In this document: piece by piece, positions 45,345 to 55,075 of the stretch
Layout: the number at the start of each line of letters is the position of its first letter
Numbering within the stretch: the first letter of the stretch is position 1
From: Verrucomicrobiota bacterium
GTDB lineage: Bacteria > Verrucomicrobiota > Lentisphaeria > Lentisphaerales > Lentisphaeraceae
DNA: 64,000 nt
Direction of reading: 5' to 3'
Assembly (NCBI GenBank): GCA_039798785.1
Contig: JBDKFG010000005.1
Coordinates: 1-64,000, forward strand
Made by a program: the position numbers and the translations under genes
Notes under the pieces: model-generated
What the model was told of the DNA's origin: nothing
The model's database searches: none
The model's input: the letters and a program-made list of their open reading frames with translations, nothing else

Positions 45345-46478
45345 ATGAGCATCACCGAGAACCGTCGCAAGCTACTTCAAATGGAATTCCTCGTCGGCCT
45401 GTTTTTCATCGGCGCCCTCTTCATCCTCGGCATCTTCACCATCCTGCTCAAGCCCGAAACTCTGTGGAAGAACACGGTCGAGATTCCGGTCGAGTTCGAG
45501 CGTATCGGCTCTCTCAAGGTCGGGGACAACGTCAGGATCAACGGAGTCTCGGTCGGCAGAGTCCTGGAGCTGAAGAATTCCGACGACTACAGCAAGGTGA
45601 CTGTGGTCCTCGGCATCCAGGACGCCGCGCCGCCGCTGCGCGAGGACTACCGCATCCAGGTCACCTCCTCCTCGGTCCTCGGCGGCCAGTTCGTCAACAT
45701 CAAGATCGGCAGCAGCACTCGGAAACTGCTGGCTAAGGACAGCAAGCTCATCGGCCATCCGCCTCTCGACATCCTTGAAGACGCCTCCGAGCTGGTAAAG
45801 GCCCTCAAGGAAGACGAAGCCCACATCCGCAAGCTCTTCCTCGAAGACAAGATCGGCGAACGGATCGCCAACATCACCAAGGATTTTGAGAACTTCGCGG
45901 CGAATGCCAAGGCGATCGGCCAGCACGTCCAGTCCGGCAACGGCACCGTCGGCAAGCTGCTGATGAAGGAAGAAGGCTACGACAAGATCAAGGAGACCCT
46001 CGGCTCCGTCGGCGATGCCGGCACCAAGATCGGCAATGCCGCCGACGAAGCGCGCCGCCTCGCTGGCGAGCTCGACAAGCTCCTCGCCGACGCCAAGTCC
46101 GGCAAGGGAACCCTCGGCAAGCTCCTCAAGGACGAAGCCCTCTACGAAGAAGCCCGTCAAGCAGCAGCCAGTCTCCGCACTTTTGCTGAGCGCCTCGCCA
46201 ACAACGACGGCTCTCTCAACAAGATCCTGACTGACAAAGGCGAGCTCTACGCCGAGCTGCAGAAGACCTTCTCCAATTTCCGTGAGATCACCGACAAGAT
46301 CAACTCCGGGGAAGGCACCCTCGCCAAGCTGGTCAACGATCCCGGCCTCTACGATCAAGCCAAGACCCTGATGAGCAACGCCAACGCCACCGTCAAGGAA
46401 GTCAACGACGCGGTCCGCGACTTCCGCGAACAGTCGCCCGTCGCCACCTTCGGCGGCGTCGTCTTCGGAGCACTCTGA
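45345..46478 (+). CDS. MlaD/Mce family protein
   Basis: N-terminal TM, LKVGDNVRINGVSVGRV, SVLGGQFVNI, repeated GTLGKL helical units. Confidence 0.9.
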   Translation: MSITENRRKLLQMEFLVGLFFIGALFILGIFTILLKPETLWKNTVEIPVEFERIGSLKVGDNVRINGVSVGRVLELKNSDDYSKVTVVLGIQDAAPPLREDYRIQVTSSSVLGGQFVNIKIGSSTRKLLAKDSKLIGHPPLDILEDASELVKALKEDEAHIRKLFLEDKIGERIANITKDFENFAANAKAIGQHVQSGNGTVGKLLMKEEGYDKIKETLGSVGDAGTKIGNAADEARRLAGELDKLLADAKSGKGTLGKLLKDEALYEEARQAAASLRTFAERLANNDGSLNKILTDKGELYAELQKTFSNFREITDKINSGEGTLAKLVNDPGLYDQAKTLMSNANATVKEVNDAVRDFREQSPVATFGGVVFGAL

Positions 46479-47716
46479 TGTTCGGCGGCATCATCCAGCA
46501 CCTTGGAGTCGTCACCGCCGTCGACTCGCTAGCGGGGGGGCTGCGCCTCTCGATCGAAAGCCCGGCCTGCCGCGGTGCCCAGGTCGGCGACTCGATCGCG
46601 GTCGATGGCGTCTGCCTCACCGTCACCAGCCTCCAGGGCAGCCTCGCCAGCTTCGACGTCTGGCCCGAATCCCTGCAGCGCACCAGCCTCGCCGGCAAGC
46701 GCCCGGGCGACGCGGTCCACTGCGAAGCCGCCCTGCTCCACGGTGCGCCGATCGGAGGCCATCCGATCGAAGGTCATGTCGACTTCGCCGCCGCCGTGAT
46801 CGAGCGCGACTCCGTGCCAGGAAGCGAGCAGCTCCGACTCTGGATCAGCCTGCCCGCCGCCTTTGACGCCCTCCTGCCGGAACGCGCCTACGCCGCGGTC
46901 AACGGCGTCAGCCTCACCGTCACCGGCCGCCGCGGCCATTCCTTCTCGGTTTCTTTGATTCCCGAAACCCTCCGCCTCACCCGCCTCGGGGAACTGGCCC
47001 CGGGAGAGACCGTCAATATCGAAATCGACCCGGCCATGCGCGCCACCCATGCCAATCCCTTTCTCGACCTGCGTTTCCCCGCCCCCATCGGCGTCCCCCC
47101 GATCGAACCGCTGGAAGCCGCCCGCGCCGCCCTGCACCAGGGCCGCCCGGTGCTGCTGGTCGACGACAGCCTCGCTGGCCCCGCCCTGTCCCTGGTCCTG
47201 CTGCCGCAAGGCCTGGAAACCGGCACCCTGACCGCCGCCCTGGCCTTGAGTCGTTCCCCGGCCATCTGCGCCCTGTCCCCGGACATCGCCGAGCGACTTG
47301 CCATCCCGGCGCCGGCGATCAACACTCCCTCCGCCTCTGAAGAGGGCCGCCGCATCCTCATCCCGGTGCGTCCCAAAGGTTCGGATCCACTCGATTTTTC
47401 GCCTGCTTCGATCCTTGCCACAGTGGAAATGATGACCTCGCAGGAAAGCGGTATCGGCAGCTGGGCCTGCCCCGGCAACCTCCTGGGCATCCAGATCTTC
47501 TCCGACGAGTCGGACGAGACTCCCGCCTGCTGGGAAGGAGCCGTCGGACTGGCCGAAAGCGCGGGGCTCCCGGGCGTCGCTCTCTGCCTGCCGCTTCACG
47601 ACGCCTCGGGCCAGGCGCTTGCCGCCGCCGCCGCGCCGGAAATCGCCGCTCGCTTCCGCCTGCCGCTCCTGCCGGTCGCGAGCGCCGCAAAGCTCCGATT
47701 CTCCAGCTTCCGCTAA
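46478..47716 (+). CDS. ribE: Riboflavin synthase fused to a degenerate DHBP-synthase (RibB)-like domain
   Basis: MFGGII, GDSIAVDGVCLTV, GGHPIEGHVD, VNGVSLTV, VNIEID, then ALHQGRPVLLVDD...LAESAGLPGVALC. Confidence 0.8.
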   Translation: MFGGIIQHLGVVTAVDSLAGGLRLSIESPACRGAQVGDSIAVDGVCLTVTSLQGSLASFDVWPESLQRTSLAGKRPGDAVHCEAALLHGAPIGGHPIEGHVDFAAAVIERDSVPGSEQLRLWISLPAAFDALLPERAYAAVNGVSLTVTGRRGHSFSVSLIPETLRLTRLGELAPGETVNIEIDPAMRATHANPFLDLRFPAPIGVPPIEPLEAARAALHQGRPVLLVDDSLAGPALSLVLLPQGLETGTLTAALALSRSPAICALSPDIAERLAIPAPAINTPSASEEGRRILIPVRPKGSDPLDFSPASILATVEMMTSQESGIGSWACPGNLLGIQIFSDESDETPACWEGAVGLAESAGLPGVALCLPLHDASGQALAAAAAPEIAARFRLPLLPVASAAKLRFSSFR

Positions 47717-47742
47717 GACCGCAAACCCTCAGGAGCCCTGCC

Positions 47743-48105
47743 ATGTCCCAGATCGATACCTGCGTCAGCATCGTCCCCTATTTCCGCATTCACTCCGGGA
47801 AGATCGGCGAATTCAAGCTTATCTGCGAAAAGTTCGTGGCCCGCACGGCCAGCGAAAAGGACTGCCTTTATTACGGCTTCTGCTTCGACGGCGATCTCGC
47901 CTTCTGCCGCGAAGCTTATGCCGACGGCCAGTCGGCACTGGCTCACATCGAGCATGTCGGCGACATCATCCAGGAGGCTCTCCGGATTTCCGAGCTGGAA
48001 CGCTTCGAGATCCACGGGCCGGAATCCGAACTGACCCGGATGCGAGCCCCCCTCGCCGCCTTGAATCCTCTTTGGCTCAGCTGGGAGCTCGGCTTCCGCC
48101 GCTGA
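47743..48105 (+). CDS. Putative quinol/antibiotic-biosynthesis monooxygenase (dimeric alpha/beta barrel)
   Basis: TASEKDCLYYGF, CREAYAD...LAHIEHV, EIHGP. AGGAG RBS. Confidence 0.7.
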   Translation: MSQIDTCVSIVPYFRIHSGKIGEFKLICEKFVARTASEKDCLYYGFCFDGDLAFCREAYADGQSALAHIEHVGDIIQEALRISELERFEIHGPESELTRMRAPLAALNPLWLSWELGFRR

Positions 48106-48118
48106 GGCGGAGCTCTCT

Positions 48119-48961
48119 TCACTCCGGCTTGCGCCCGAGAACGACACGGTCGTGACCGGAATGGTCTTTCTCCACCCGCACCCGTTCCAATCCGGCGGCG
48201 GTGAAGATCGCGGCGACCGCCGGGCCTTGCTTCCAGCCGATTTCGCAGAGCAGCCAGGCTCCGGGCAGGAGAAATCCCGGCGCCTCAGCGGCGATGCGCC
48301 GCAGCAGGGCCAGTCCCTGATCCTCAGCAAAAAGCGCCAGATGCGGTTCGTGATCGCGCACCTCAACCGCCAGATCCGGCGCTTCGTCGCGGCCGATGTA
48401 GGGGGGGTTGGCGGTGATCAATGCATACGCACCGGAGACCGGCTCAAACAGGTCTCCCTGATGGAGATTGACGGCCAGGCCGGTCTTGTCGACGTTGCGC
48501 CGAGCCCAGGTCATGGCCTCCGGCGACAGCTCGACCGCATCAATGAAGAGTCCGCCTTTGAAACTCTTCTGCAAGGCCAAAGGCACGCAGGCGGAGCCAG
48601 TGCAGAGATCTAGGACCCTATCGCCGTGCTTGAGAAGGCGCCGGGCATGGTCGACCAGGATCTCGGTGTCGTTGCGGGGAATGAGGACGCCGGGGCCGAC
48701 GGCCAGGGTCAGACCATAGAAATCCATTTCGCCGCAGATGTATTGCAGAGGCTCGCCGGCGGCGCGGCGGCGGAGCAAGGCACGGGCCCTGTCAAGCTCG
48801 GTGTCTGAGAGCGGGCGTTCATGCTGGGTGTAGAGCTGAAGCCGGCTCAATCCGAGGGCGTGCCCGAGCAGCCATTCAGCTTCGAATCGCGGCGAAGCCG
48901 ACTTCGATTTCGCCAGCCACTCGGTGGAGAGCAGCAGGACTTCTTTGAGGGTCTTGGTCAT
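48119..48961 (-). CDS. prmC: Release factor glutamine methyltransferase
   Basis: GEPLQYI, VLIPRNDTE, LDLCTGS, NPPY, HEPHLAL. Confidence 0.95.
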   Translation of the reverse strand: MTKTLKEVLLLSTEWLAKSKSASPRFEAEWLLGHALGLSRLQLYTQHERPLSDTELDRARALLRRRAAGEPLQYICGEMDFYGLTLAVGPGVLIPRNDTEILVDHARRLLKHGDRVLDLCTGSACVPLALQKSFKGGLFIDAVELSPEAMTWARRNVDKTGLAVNLHQGDLFEPVSGAYALITANPPYIGRDEAPDLAVEVRDHEPHLALFAEDQGLALLRRIAAEAPGFLLPGAWLLCEIGWKQGPAVAAIFTAAGLERVRVEKDHSGHDRVVLGRKPE

Positions 48962-49149
48962 GCGCAGCAAGGGTTCTAGAGTTGTAGGAATTGTGAGATT
49001 TTCAGGGCCGAGCTACGAGGCGGGAAAGGAGCGACACGGCCACAAGAGGTACAAAGAGACGCAGTTTATGCGGTGATTCGCTCTGCCTGCCGCTCTTTCT
49101 GTGAAATCTGTGGATCAATTGCCCTCGATCCTGGATTGGCTCAGGTCGA

Positions 49150-49608
49150 TTATTTCTTCGCTTTGCCGGATTTCTTCTCTGGTGCCACGTGCTCCGCCTC
49201 GACATGGATGGCGATGCCCCCGCGAGGACGGAAGTTGCCGATGACGATGGCGCGGCGCGGGGAGCAGGTGGCGATGACGTCGTCGAGAATGCGATTGACC
49301 ACTTCTTCGTGGAAGGAGTTGTGATTGCGGAAGGAAAAGAGGTACATCTTCAGCGACTTGCTCTCGATGCAGCGCTGGTCGGCGATGTAGCGGATGGTGA
49401 TGTGGCCGAAGTCGGGCTGGCCGGTGACCGGGCAGAGCGAGGTGAATTCGGGGCAGTCGAAGGTGATCCAGTAGTCGCGCCCGGGGTGGCGGTTGGCGAA
49501 ACTCTCCAGCTTGGCCTCTTCAGGGCTGGAGAAGTAGCCGCTTTCGTTCTTGGCGAGAAGAGTCAATCCTTCGATCTTCGGGTTGACGCTGGTCTTGGCT
49601 TTTTTCAT
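49150..49608 (-). CDS. queF: preQ1 synthase (7-cyano-7-deazaguanine reductase)
   Basis: PEFTSLCPVTGQPDF, ESKSLKMYLFSFRN, FHE, PRGGI. Confidence 0.96.
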   Translation of the reverse strand: MKKAKTSVNPKIEGLTLLAKNESGYFSSPEEAKLESFANRHPGRDYWITFDCPEFTSLCPVTGQPDFGHITIRYIADQRCIESKSLKMYLFSFRNHNSFHEEVVNRILDDVIATCSPRRAIVIGNFRPRGGIAIHVEAEHVAPEKKSGKAKK

Positions 49609-49638
49609 GGTCGTCCTAACTGCTTTTGCTTGTTGTTC

Positions 49639-49673
49639 AATTCTTAATTCTTAATTCACAATTCTTAATTCTT
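49639..49673. repeat. Heptamer array (AATTCTT)x5 overlapping the gmk stop
   Basis: AATTCTT AATTCTT AATTCAC AATTCTT AATTCTT. Confidence 0.8.
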
Positions 49674-50318
49674 GAGGTGCGGCCAGCCATCGAGGGGGTG
49701 GAGCTGCGAGGAGCGGATGGCGGAGGCCTGGCGGATGGCGTCGAGCCGCTCGGCGGCGCGGTCGGCATCGTCGTTGATGACGAGGAAGTCGTATTCCTGC
49801 CAGGCGGCGATCTCGTCGCGGGCGTTGAGGAGGCGCTTGGCGATCGTCTCCTCGCTGTCGGTGGCGCGCTTGCGGAGGCGCTTTTCGAGCTCGGCGAAGC
49901 TCGGCGGGGCGATGAAGACGAAGACGCAGGCGCGGCGCAACACCTTGTCCTTCTCGCAGGCCTTGCGGAGTTGACGCATCCCCTGGACGTCGATGTCGAC
50001 CAGGACGTCGCGGCCGTTCTTCACCCGGTCGTAGATCTCGCTCTTGAGAGTGCCGTAATAGTTGCCGTGCACTTCGGCATGCTCGAGGAATTCCTCAGCC
50101 TCCAGGCGATGGAGGAACTCCTCGCTTCTAAGGAAGTGATAGTCGCGTCCATCCTTCTCGCCGGAGCGCGGCTTCCGGGTGGTGCACGAGATGCTGAACT
50201 CAAGAGATGGAGCGAGCAGAGTCAGCTTCTGCCGGACCGTGGTCTTGCCGGCGCCGCTCGGGCCGGAGAGGACAAGGGCGACGCCGGGAGAGGAAAAGTG
50301 AGGGTATTCAGCGGACAT
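49665..50318 (-). CDS. gmk: Guanylate kinase
   Basis: SGPSGAGKTT, SCTTRKPRSGEKDGRDYHF, HGNYYGT, DIDVQG. Confidence 0.96.
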   Translation of the reverse strand: MSAEYPHFSSPGVALVLSGPSGAGKTTVRQKLTLLAPSLEFSISCTTRKPRSGEKDGRDYHFLRSEEFLHRLEAEEFLEHAEVHGNYYGTLKSEIYDRVKNGRDVLVDIDVQGMRQLRKACEKDKVLRRACVFVFIAPPSFAELEKRLRKRATDSEETIAKRLLNARDEIAAWQEYDFLVINDDADRAAERLDAIRQASAIRSSQLHPLDGWPHLKN

Positions 50319-50466
50319 GGAAAGGCCTTTCTTCATCGATTGCGGTGCCCGCAAGATATCCTCTTCCGGAGGAATCGCAGCCGCAATCTCCAAAGCCCGC
50401 CGCAATCGAACTCGAGCCGAGCTCAAAAAATAATCGGATTTTGTGCTGAATTCGTGCTCAGAGCCC

Positions 50467-50494
50467 TTGCAGGCTTGTCTGAGCTTGCTAGAAT
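50467..50494 (+). promoter_or_regulatory. Sigma70-type promoter for the DUF5679-like gene
   Basis: TTGCAG-16 nt-TAGAAT with TGn extension. Followed by a 5' UTR hairpin at 50502-50529. Confidence 0.5.
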
Positions 50495-50573
50495 GAACTC
50501 ATGGGTGAGCTTGGATCAAGCTCAACCCAAGAGAGAGAGACAACATCCACCATCAACCCGGAAGGGATACACC

Positions 50574-50744
50574 ATGGCCGCTCAAGAAGCTTACTGCGTT
50601 AAGTGCAAAGCCAAGAAAGAAATGGTTGACGCCAAAGAAGTCAAGATGGCCAACGGCCGTCCCGCCATGAAAGGTTCCTGCAAGACCTGCAAGACCGGCA
50701 TGTACAAGATCCTCGCCGCCGCCAAGACCGCCAAGAAGAAGTAA
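50574..50744 (+). CDS. Small basic zinc-ribbon protein, DUF5679-like
   Basis: AYCVKCKAKKEM...NGRPAMKGSCKTCKTGMYKI. 56 aa, host-like codon usage, own terminator. Confidence 0.85.
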   Translation: MAAQEAYCVKCKAKKEMVDAKEVKMANGRPAMKGSCKTCKTGMYKILAAAKTAKKK

Positions 50745-50766
50745 TTCTTCCGCCGTCCAGGCTCAG

Positions 50767-50796
50767 GGCTCTCCTCGCGGAGAGCCCGTTTTGTTT
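50767..50796 (+). terminator. Rho-independent terminator
   Basis: GGGCTCTCC-TCGC-GGAGAGCCC followed by GTTTTGTT. Confidence 0.8.
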
Positions 50797-51034
50797 CGAT
50801 GTGTATCACACCGAATTGAACTTGAACTGAGATGTATTCAAGCTGCTTTTCAGGGGGGCGGGAACTCACTAAGCTGTGGTCCTGAAATTCACGGAAGACA
50901 GATAAAAAAACGCGACCTGTATCACTCGAAGGAACGAAGAAGCGAATCAAGCTTGATGGCCGCAAAAGGCACAAGGCTCATGAGAAACCGATTCCTGAGC
51001 CTGGATCAACCTCAATCCTGCAGCCGCGTGATTA

Positions 51035-51231
51035 AACCTGAAAACCGCTGGTGAGCAACAGAACCGGGTTGAAAGGTTGAAACGCAAGGCATTGAACAAC
51101 AAAAGTCAGCGACTATTTGACGCGAACAGGAGAGCCTTCCCATTAGAGGTCATTCCGACGGATCATCGAATGAGACAAGCTATTGTTGTTGCAACTAATC
51201 CATCCAAGCTTTCAACTGCGGCTTTTAGGTT
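51035..51231. mobile_element. MITE-like palindromic element, diverged full copy
   Basis: Ends are AACCTGAAAACCGCTG and CTGCGGCTTTTAGGTT. Internal GAACCGGGTTGAAAGGTTGAAACGCAA and CTATTGTTGTTGCAACTAA align to 28573-28789. Confidence 0.7.
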
Positions 51232-51344
51232 AAAGCGCGAAAGATTGAAAAGCAATAACTGCAACTGCGGCTTTCGGCATCACGCTGCACAAACAGCCCG
51301 GCGCGAATGTGCCGGGCTGCATGAAGAGAACAGCGGGAAAAGCC

Positions 51345-54053
51345 TCAGGAGAGCGCGGAGGCCAGCTTGGCCCAAGCCTTGAGGGCAAGACTGCGGAAGG
51401 CTGCGTCTCGGGCGGCGTCGCCGCCGCCACCGAGCCAGGCCGCGGCACAGCAGCACCATCTGCGGGCGCCTTCGAGCGGATCCTCGCCCCGAGGAGCGTC
51501 GGGCATCGAGTTGGACATGATGGCACTCTGGATCGCGGCGGCGAGGTCCAATGCGGCCGGCTGGCTGCCTGCCTTCTGGTAATCGCGACGGGCGAGCTGT
51601 TCCATCTCCTTGATCATGCCGGCGCGGGCGGCTTCGCCAGGGCCTTCCAACGCGGCGCAGAGCTCTTTCAGGGCGATGGCGTCGCCTTCCTCGGCCCCCA
51701 GGGCGACGCGCAGCTGGCGAGCAGCCTCGGTGATCTGCTGCAGCGACAACTCAGCCAAGACTTTGTCGGCCTTGCGCCGGGCCTTGGCATAGCGCTGCTG
51801 CGCCGCCGTCTCCTGCGGCGGAGCAGCTGGAGGCAGGGCTGAAAGAGCCGAACCGAGAGCGGCGAAACGGGCCTTGGAGAGATACCAATGCGTGGCTTCG
51901 GCGGCGGCTTCGGCGGCGGCGAGCAGCGTCTCGCGAGCCTGGTCGTCGGCGCTGCGGCGTGCGACCTTTTCTTCATGCTGGGACTTCAGAGCGGAGAAGA
52001 AGCTGTCGCAAAGTGCCGAGAATTCCGCCTTGAGAGCCTCATCGAGACAGGGGGGGCCGGCGCGTCGCCAGTCTTCCTGCATCGCCTTGACGGCGGGCGA
52101 ATGGCGCGGGTCGGGCCGTTCACAGAGGGGGCGGAGTTTCTCGACGATTTCACGGCGGCGCTTGTCGACCGCGTCGAGCTGCTGGCGGCGGCTGTCGTGC
52201 CAAGCGGCGGCGCGGGCGAAGAAGCCGTCGCAGACGGCGCGGAAGCGCTGTCTCAGCCCCTCATCGGCATCCTTGCCGGCGAAGCCGATGTGGCGCCAGC
52301 GCTCCTGCATTTCCTTGAGAGTCTGGGAGCCGGCCTTCCAGTCGCTTCCGGCGGCAATCGCTTCGGCGGCGGCGATCAGCGCCTCCTTCTCCTGCTTGTG
52401 CCTGGCAGAGCGGGCGGCGGAGAGTTCCCAGATGCGGTTGCAGAGGGTGCGGAACTCCTCCCAGAGCGGCTCGGAGCCGTCGCCCTTGTGGCCTCCGGCG
52501 TTCTTCCACAGGTCCATCAGCTCGCGGGCCCGCCCGGCGGCGCCGTTGCTCTCCGCTTGGGCGGCGAGATGGCGGGCTTCGTTGAGCAGCTCCTCCTTGG
52601 CGGTGATGCTGGCGAAGGTGGCGGCGGCGCGGGATTCCGCGGCGGCCTTCATTCGAGACTGCATGCGGTGCAGGCAGCCGGCGAGACGCTCGCGCTGCCC
52701 TCCCTGGGTTCCGGCAGCAAGGAGAGTTTCGGCCTCGGCGCAGAGAGCGGCGGTCTCGGCAGCCAGGGGATTGGCGGTTTCGAGGGCGCTGATCAAGGCG
52801 CTGAGCTTACCGCCTTCTTCCTTGCGCTGCTGCTCCTCGGCGGCGAGAGCCGGGGCCAAGGTTTCGGCGACGGCGCTCCAGGCCTTGAGCTGCTCCTCGT
52901 CGGAGACTTTCAGTTCGACCCAGGCCTGCTGCATGCGGCGCCAGGCATGCCCGAGACCACTGCGGCCGGGCTCGAGCTTGGCGGCAGCAGCGATCAGATC
53001 AGCCGCACGCTGGTGCTTGCGATGCTGATCTGCAAGAAGACGGGCGACCTGCTTCTGATGCTGGCGGAACTTCTCCACCGCCTGGCGGAATTTGTCGTCG
53101 TAATGAGGCGCGACATCGGGAGGCAGGGCGGGCAGCCCCTGCCACTCGCGGCGCAGCTCCTCGATCTTGGCCTCGGCATCGCCGACCAGGACTTCCGAAC
53201 CGAGGATGGCCAGCACTTCGTCGCGCTGGGCCAGGGCTTCGCGCAAGGCGGCGGCGCGGGCGCTACGCTCGCGCTCCTTGACCTGCCAGGCGGCCTGGGC
53301 CGCTTCGGCGCGTGCCAATGCCTCGTCCCAGCGATGGCGCTGCGCCGGCTCGGCCTGGGCGGCGATCTCCTCCCATTGCTGGCGCTGCTCCTCAAGCTGG
53401 GCTCCCAGTTGCGACCAGTCGGGCAGGGTGGCCATGCCGGCGACGACGCGGATCAGCTGTTCGGCGCGGCGCTGGTGTCGGCGTGTCTCGTCCTGCTCCT
53501 TCGCGGTCTCCGTCACGGGAGCGGCCGCGAGGCGCTCCTTGGCGGCGGCGCGCACGTGCTTGTTGCGGGCGCCGTCGGCGATCTTGCGGCAATGAGCATC
53601 GTCAATGCGGCTGAGACAGACCAGGGCCAGATCCTTGTCTTCTCCCATCGCCAGGTGCACCAGATCGTCCTGATCGTGGATCCGCGACGCGGCGCTGAGG
53701 CGGGCTTGCCGTCCATGGGCGCCTTTGGCGAGGCGCAGCAGGTCTTTCTCGGAGAAGGCCTGCAGTTGCTCGGCGCTGAGCGCCTCTTCGCTGTCAAGAC
53801 AGGCTTTGAATTCGATCTCATGGGCGCGTTGCGCCGCGAGACTTGCGGCTTCGCCGCTGCACTGGGCGGCGAGACGGCGCAGCAGGGCGGCATCGGTCTC
53901 GATCTCGAGACGCTTGCGAACGACGGCGAGGTCCTCCTCGGCAGCGATCAACTGGGCGAGGCGGACCGGATCGGTCTCCTGCTTCAGTGCCTCGAGACGG
54001 ACAAGGGGATTGGAGTGCTTGTGGGCGGCGCGAATCAGGTCGAGTAGGCTCAT
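51345..54053 (-). CDS. DUF349 domain-containing helical protein
   Basis: HKHSNPLVRL start. Repeated KEALIAAAE...W......LKEMQERWRHIG......LRQRFRAVCDGFF units. Confidence 0.85.
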   Translation of the reverse strand: MSLLDLIRAAHKHSNPLVRLEALKQETDPVRLAQLIAAEEDLAVVRKRLEIETDAALLRRLAAQCSGEAASLAAQRAHEIEFKACLDSEEALSAEQLQAFSEKDLLRLAKGAHGRQARLSAASRIHDQDDLVHLAMGEDKDLALVCLSRIDDAHCRKIADGARNKHVRAAAKERLAAAPVTETAKEQDETRRHQRRAEQLIRVVAGMATLPDWSQLGAQLEEQRQQWEEIAAQAEPAQRHRWDEALARAEAAQAAWQVKERERSARAAALREALAQRDEVLAILGSEVLVGDAEAKIEELRREWQGLPALPPDVAPHYDDKFRQAVEKFRQHQKQVARLLADQHRKHQRAADLIAAAAKLEPGRSGLGHAWRRMQQAWVELKVSDEEQLKAWSAVAETLAPALAAEEQQRKEEGGKLSALISALETANPLAAETAALCAEAETLLAAGTQGGQRERLAGCLHRMQSRMKAAAESRAAATFASITAKEELLNEARHLAAQAESNGAAGRARELMDLWKNAGGHKGDGSEPLWEEFRTLCNRIWELSAARSARHKQEKEALIAAAEAIAAGSDWKAGSQTLKEMQERWRHIGFAGKDADEGLRQRFRAVCDGFFARAAAWHDSRRQQLDAVDKRRREIVEKLRPLCERPDPRHSPAVKAMQEDWRRAGPPCLDEALKAEFSALCDSFFSALKSQHEEKVARRSADDQARETLLAAAEAAAEATHWYLSKARFAALGSALSALPPAAPPQETAAQQRYAKARRKADKVLAELSLQQITEAARQLRVALGAEEGDAIALKELCAALEGPGEAARAGMIKEMEQLARRDYQKAGSQPAALDLAAAIQSAIMSNSMPDAPRGEDPLEGARRWCCCAAAWLGGGGDAARDAAFRSLALKAWAKLASALS

Positions 54054-54153
54054 GTTTCACCAGCTTGGGGGTTGATCTCGCCGAAGCTAGGGCCATACGC
54101 CAGAATCTCAATGCCTGAAGTCAAAATCGGCCGCGAGGGAATCCGTCCCCGAT

Positions 54154-54612
54154 TCAGGCCTTGAAGGAAAGCAGGTACTTCACCGCCGCCGCGGCGGACT
54201 TCGACTCGACCAGCTTCTCGACCTTCTTGGGATTGCGGACGAACTTGGCGATGTGCTGCAGCAGCGGCATGTGGGCGACCGGAGCGAAGGCCGGGATGGC
54301 GATGATGAAAAACACCTTCACCGGCTGGGCATCGGGAGCCTCGGGGAAATCGAGACCGCCGGGAAAAATCGCCACCGCCAATCCGAGCCGCGAGGCGGTA
54401 TGGGTCCGGGCATGAGGGATGGCGACGGCATTTCCGACTGCAGTGGTGTACTGGCTTTCCCTGACGATAAGATCCTCGACGAAGCGGTCGCCGTCGCTGA
54501 CGATGCCGGCATCGACAAGAGGCTGCACCGCCAGACGCAAGCCATCCTGCAGGCCCATGGCCATCAGATCCGACTGCAGATGGGAGGTCGGAAGCAGTTT
54601 GGTCAGATCCAT
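54154..54612 (-). CDS. PTS IIA (fructose/mannitol/nitrogen-regulatory type) domain protein
   Basis: RESQYTTAVGNAVAIPHAR phospho-His motif. AGGAG RBS. Confidence 0.88.
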   Translation of the reverse strand: MDLTKLLPTSHLQSDLMAMGLQDGLRLAVQPLVDAGIVSDGDRFVEDLIVRESQYTTAVGNAVAIPHARTHTASRLGLAVAIFPGGLDFPEAPDAQPVKVFFIIAIPAFAPVAHMPLLQHIAKFVRNPKKVEKLVESKSAAAAVKYLLSFKA

Positions 54613-54614
54613 AT

Positions 54615-54965
54615 TCAGCTCTCCTGACCGAAGGATTCGAGGTAGATGTAGATGTTGCAACTCGGGCAGATCGCCTGTATCCGTCCGGAACGGATGTTAT
54701 TGAGATCTCCGGCAGGCATCACCACTTGGCATGCGCGGCAGCGTCCGCCGATCTCGCGCGAGATCCCCATGCCGTTGCGCTTGACCTGGTCGTAATGGGC
54801 CAGAAAGGAGGCGGGTACTTTCTTGCGCAAGTCGGCAATCTTCCTCTTCAAATTCTTGTCGTCGACGGCACCGGAGCCGTGGACTATGGCGCTCTCGTGA
54901 AGAACCAATTCAAGCTCCTGAATCTTGAGAAGCTGCGTCAGCGGACCCTTCGGCATTTTTCCCAC
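54615..54965 (-). CDS. C4-type zinc ribbon domain protein
   Basis: LLKIQELEL...CRACQV...CPSCNIYIY. Confidence 0.8.
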   Translation of the reverse strand: MGKMPKGPLTQLLKIQELELVLHESAIVHGSGAVDDKNLKRKIADLRKKVPASFLAHYDQVKRNGMGISREIGGRCRACQVVMPAGDLNNIRSGRIQAICPSCNIYIYLESFGQES

Positions 54966-55075
54966 CCCGGTTTTGATTGCTCTGTTGCGGACAATCTAGG
55001 CCCAAAGCGCCAGGTATACAAGACCGCCGCCGCCGGCCTTCAAAGGAAGTCGGCGGCGGCAGGAACGAGGGAGGC

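Noticed and set aside
49609..49664. preQ1 riboswitch before queF
   Set aside because: The short spacer is occupied by the heptamer array, no aptamer stem is recognisable, and queF appears co-transcribed with gmk.
50791..51382. ORFs 50791-51054 and 51077-51382
   Set aside because: They run across the terminator and repeat elements, with no RBS or protein-like features.
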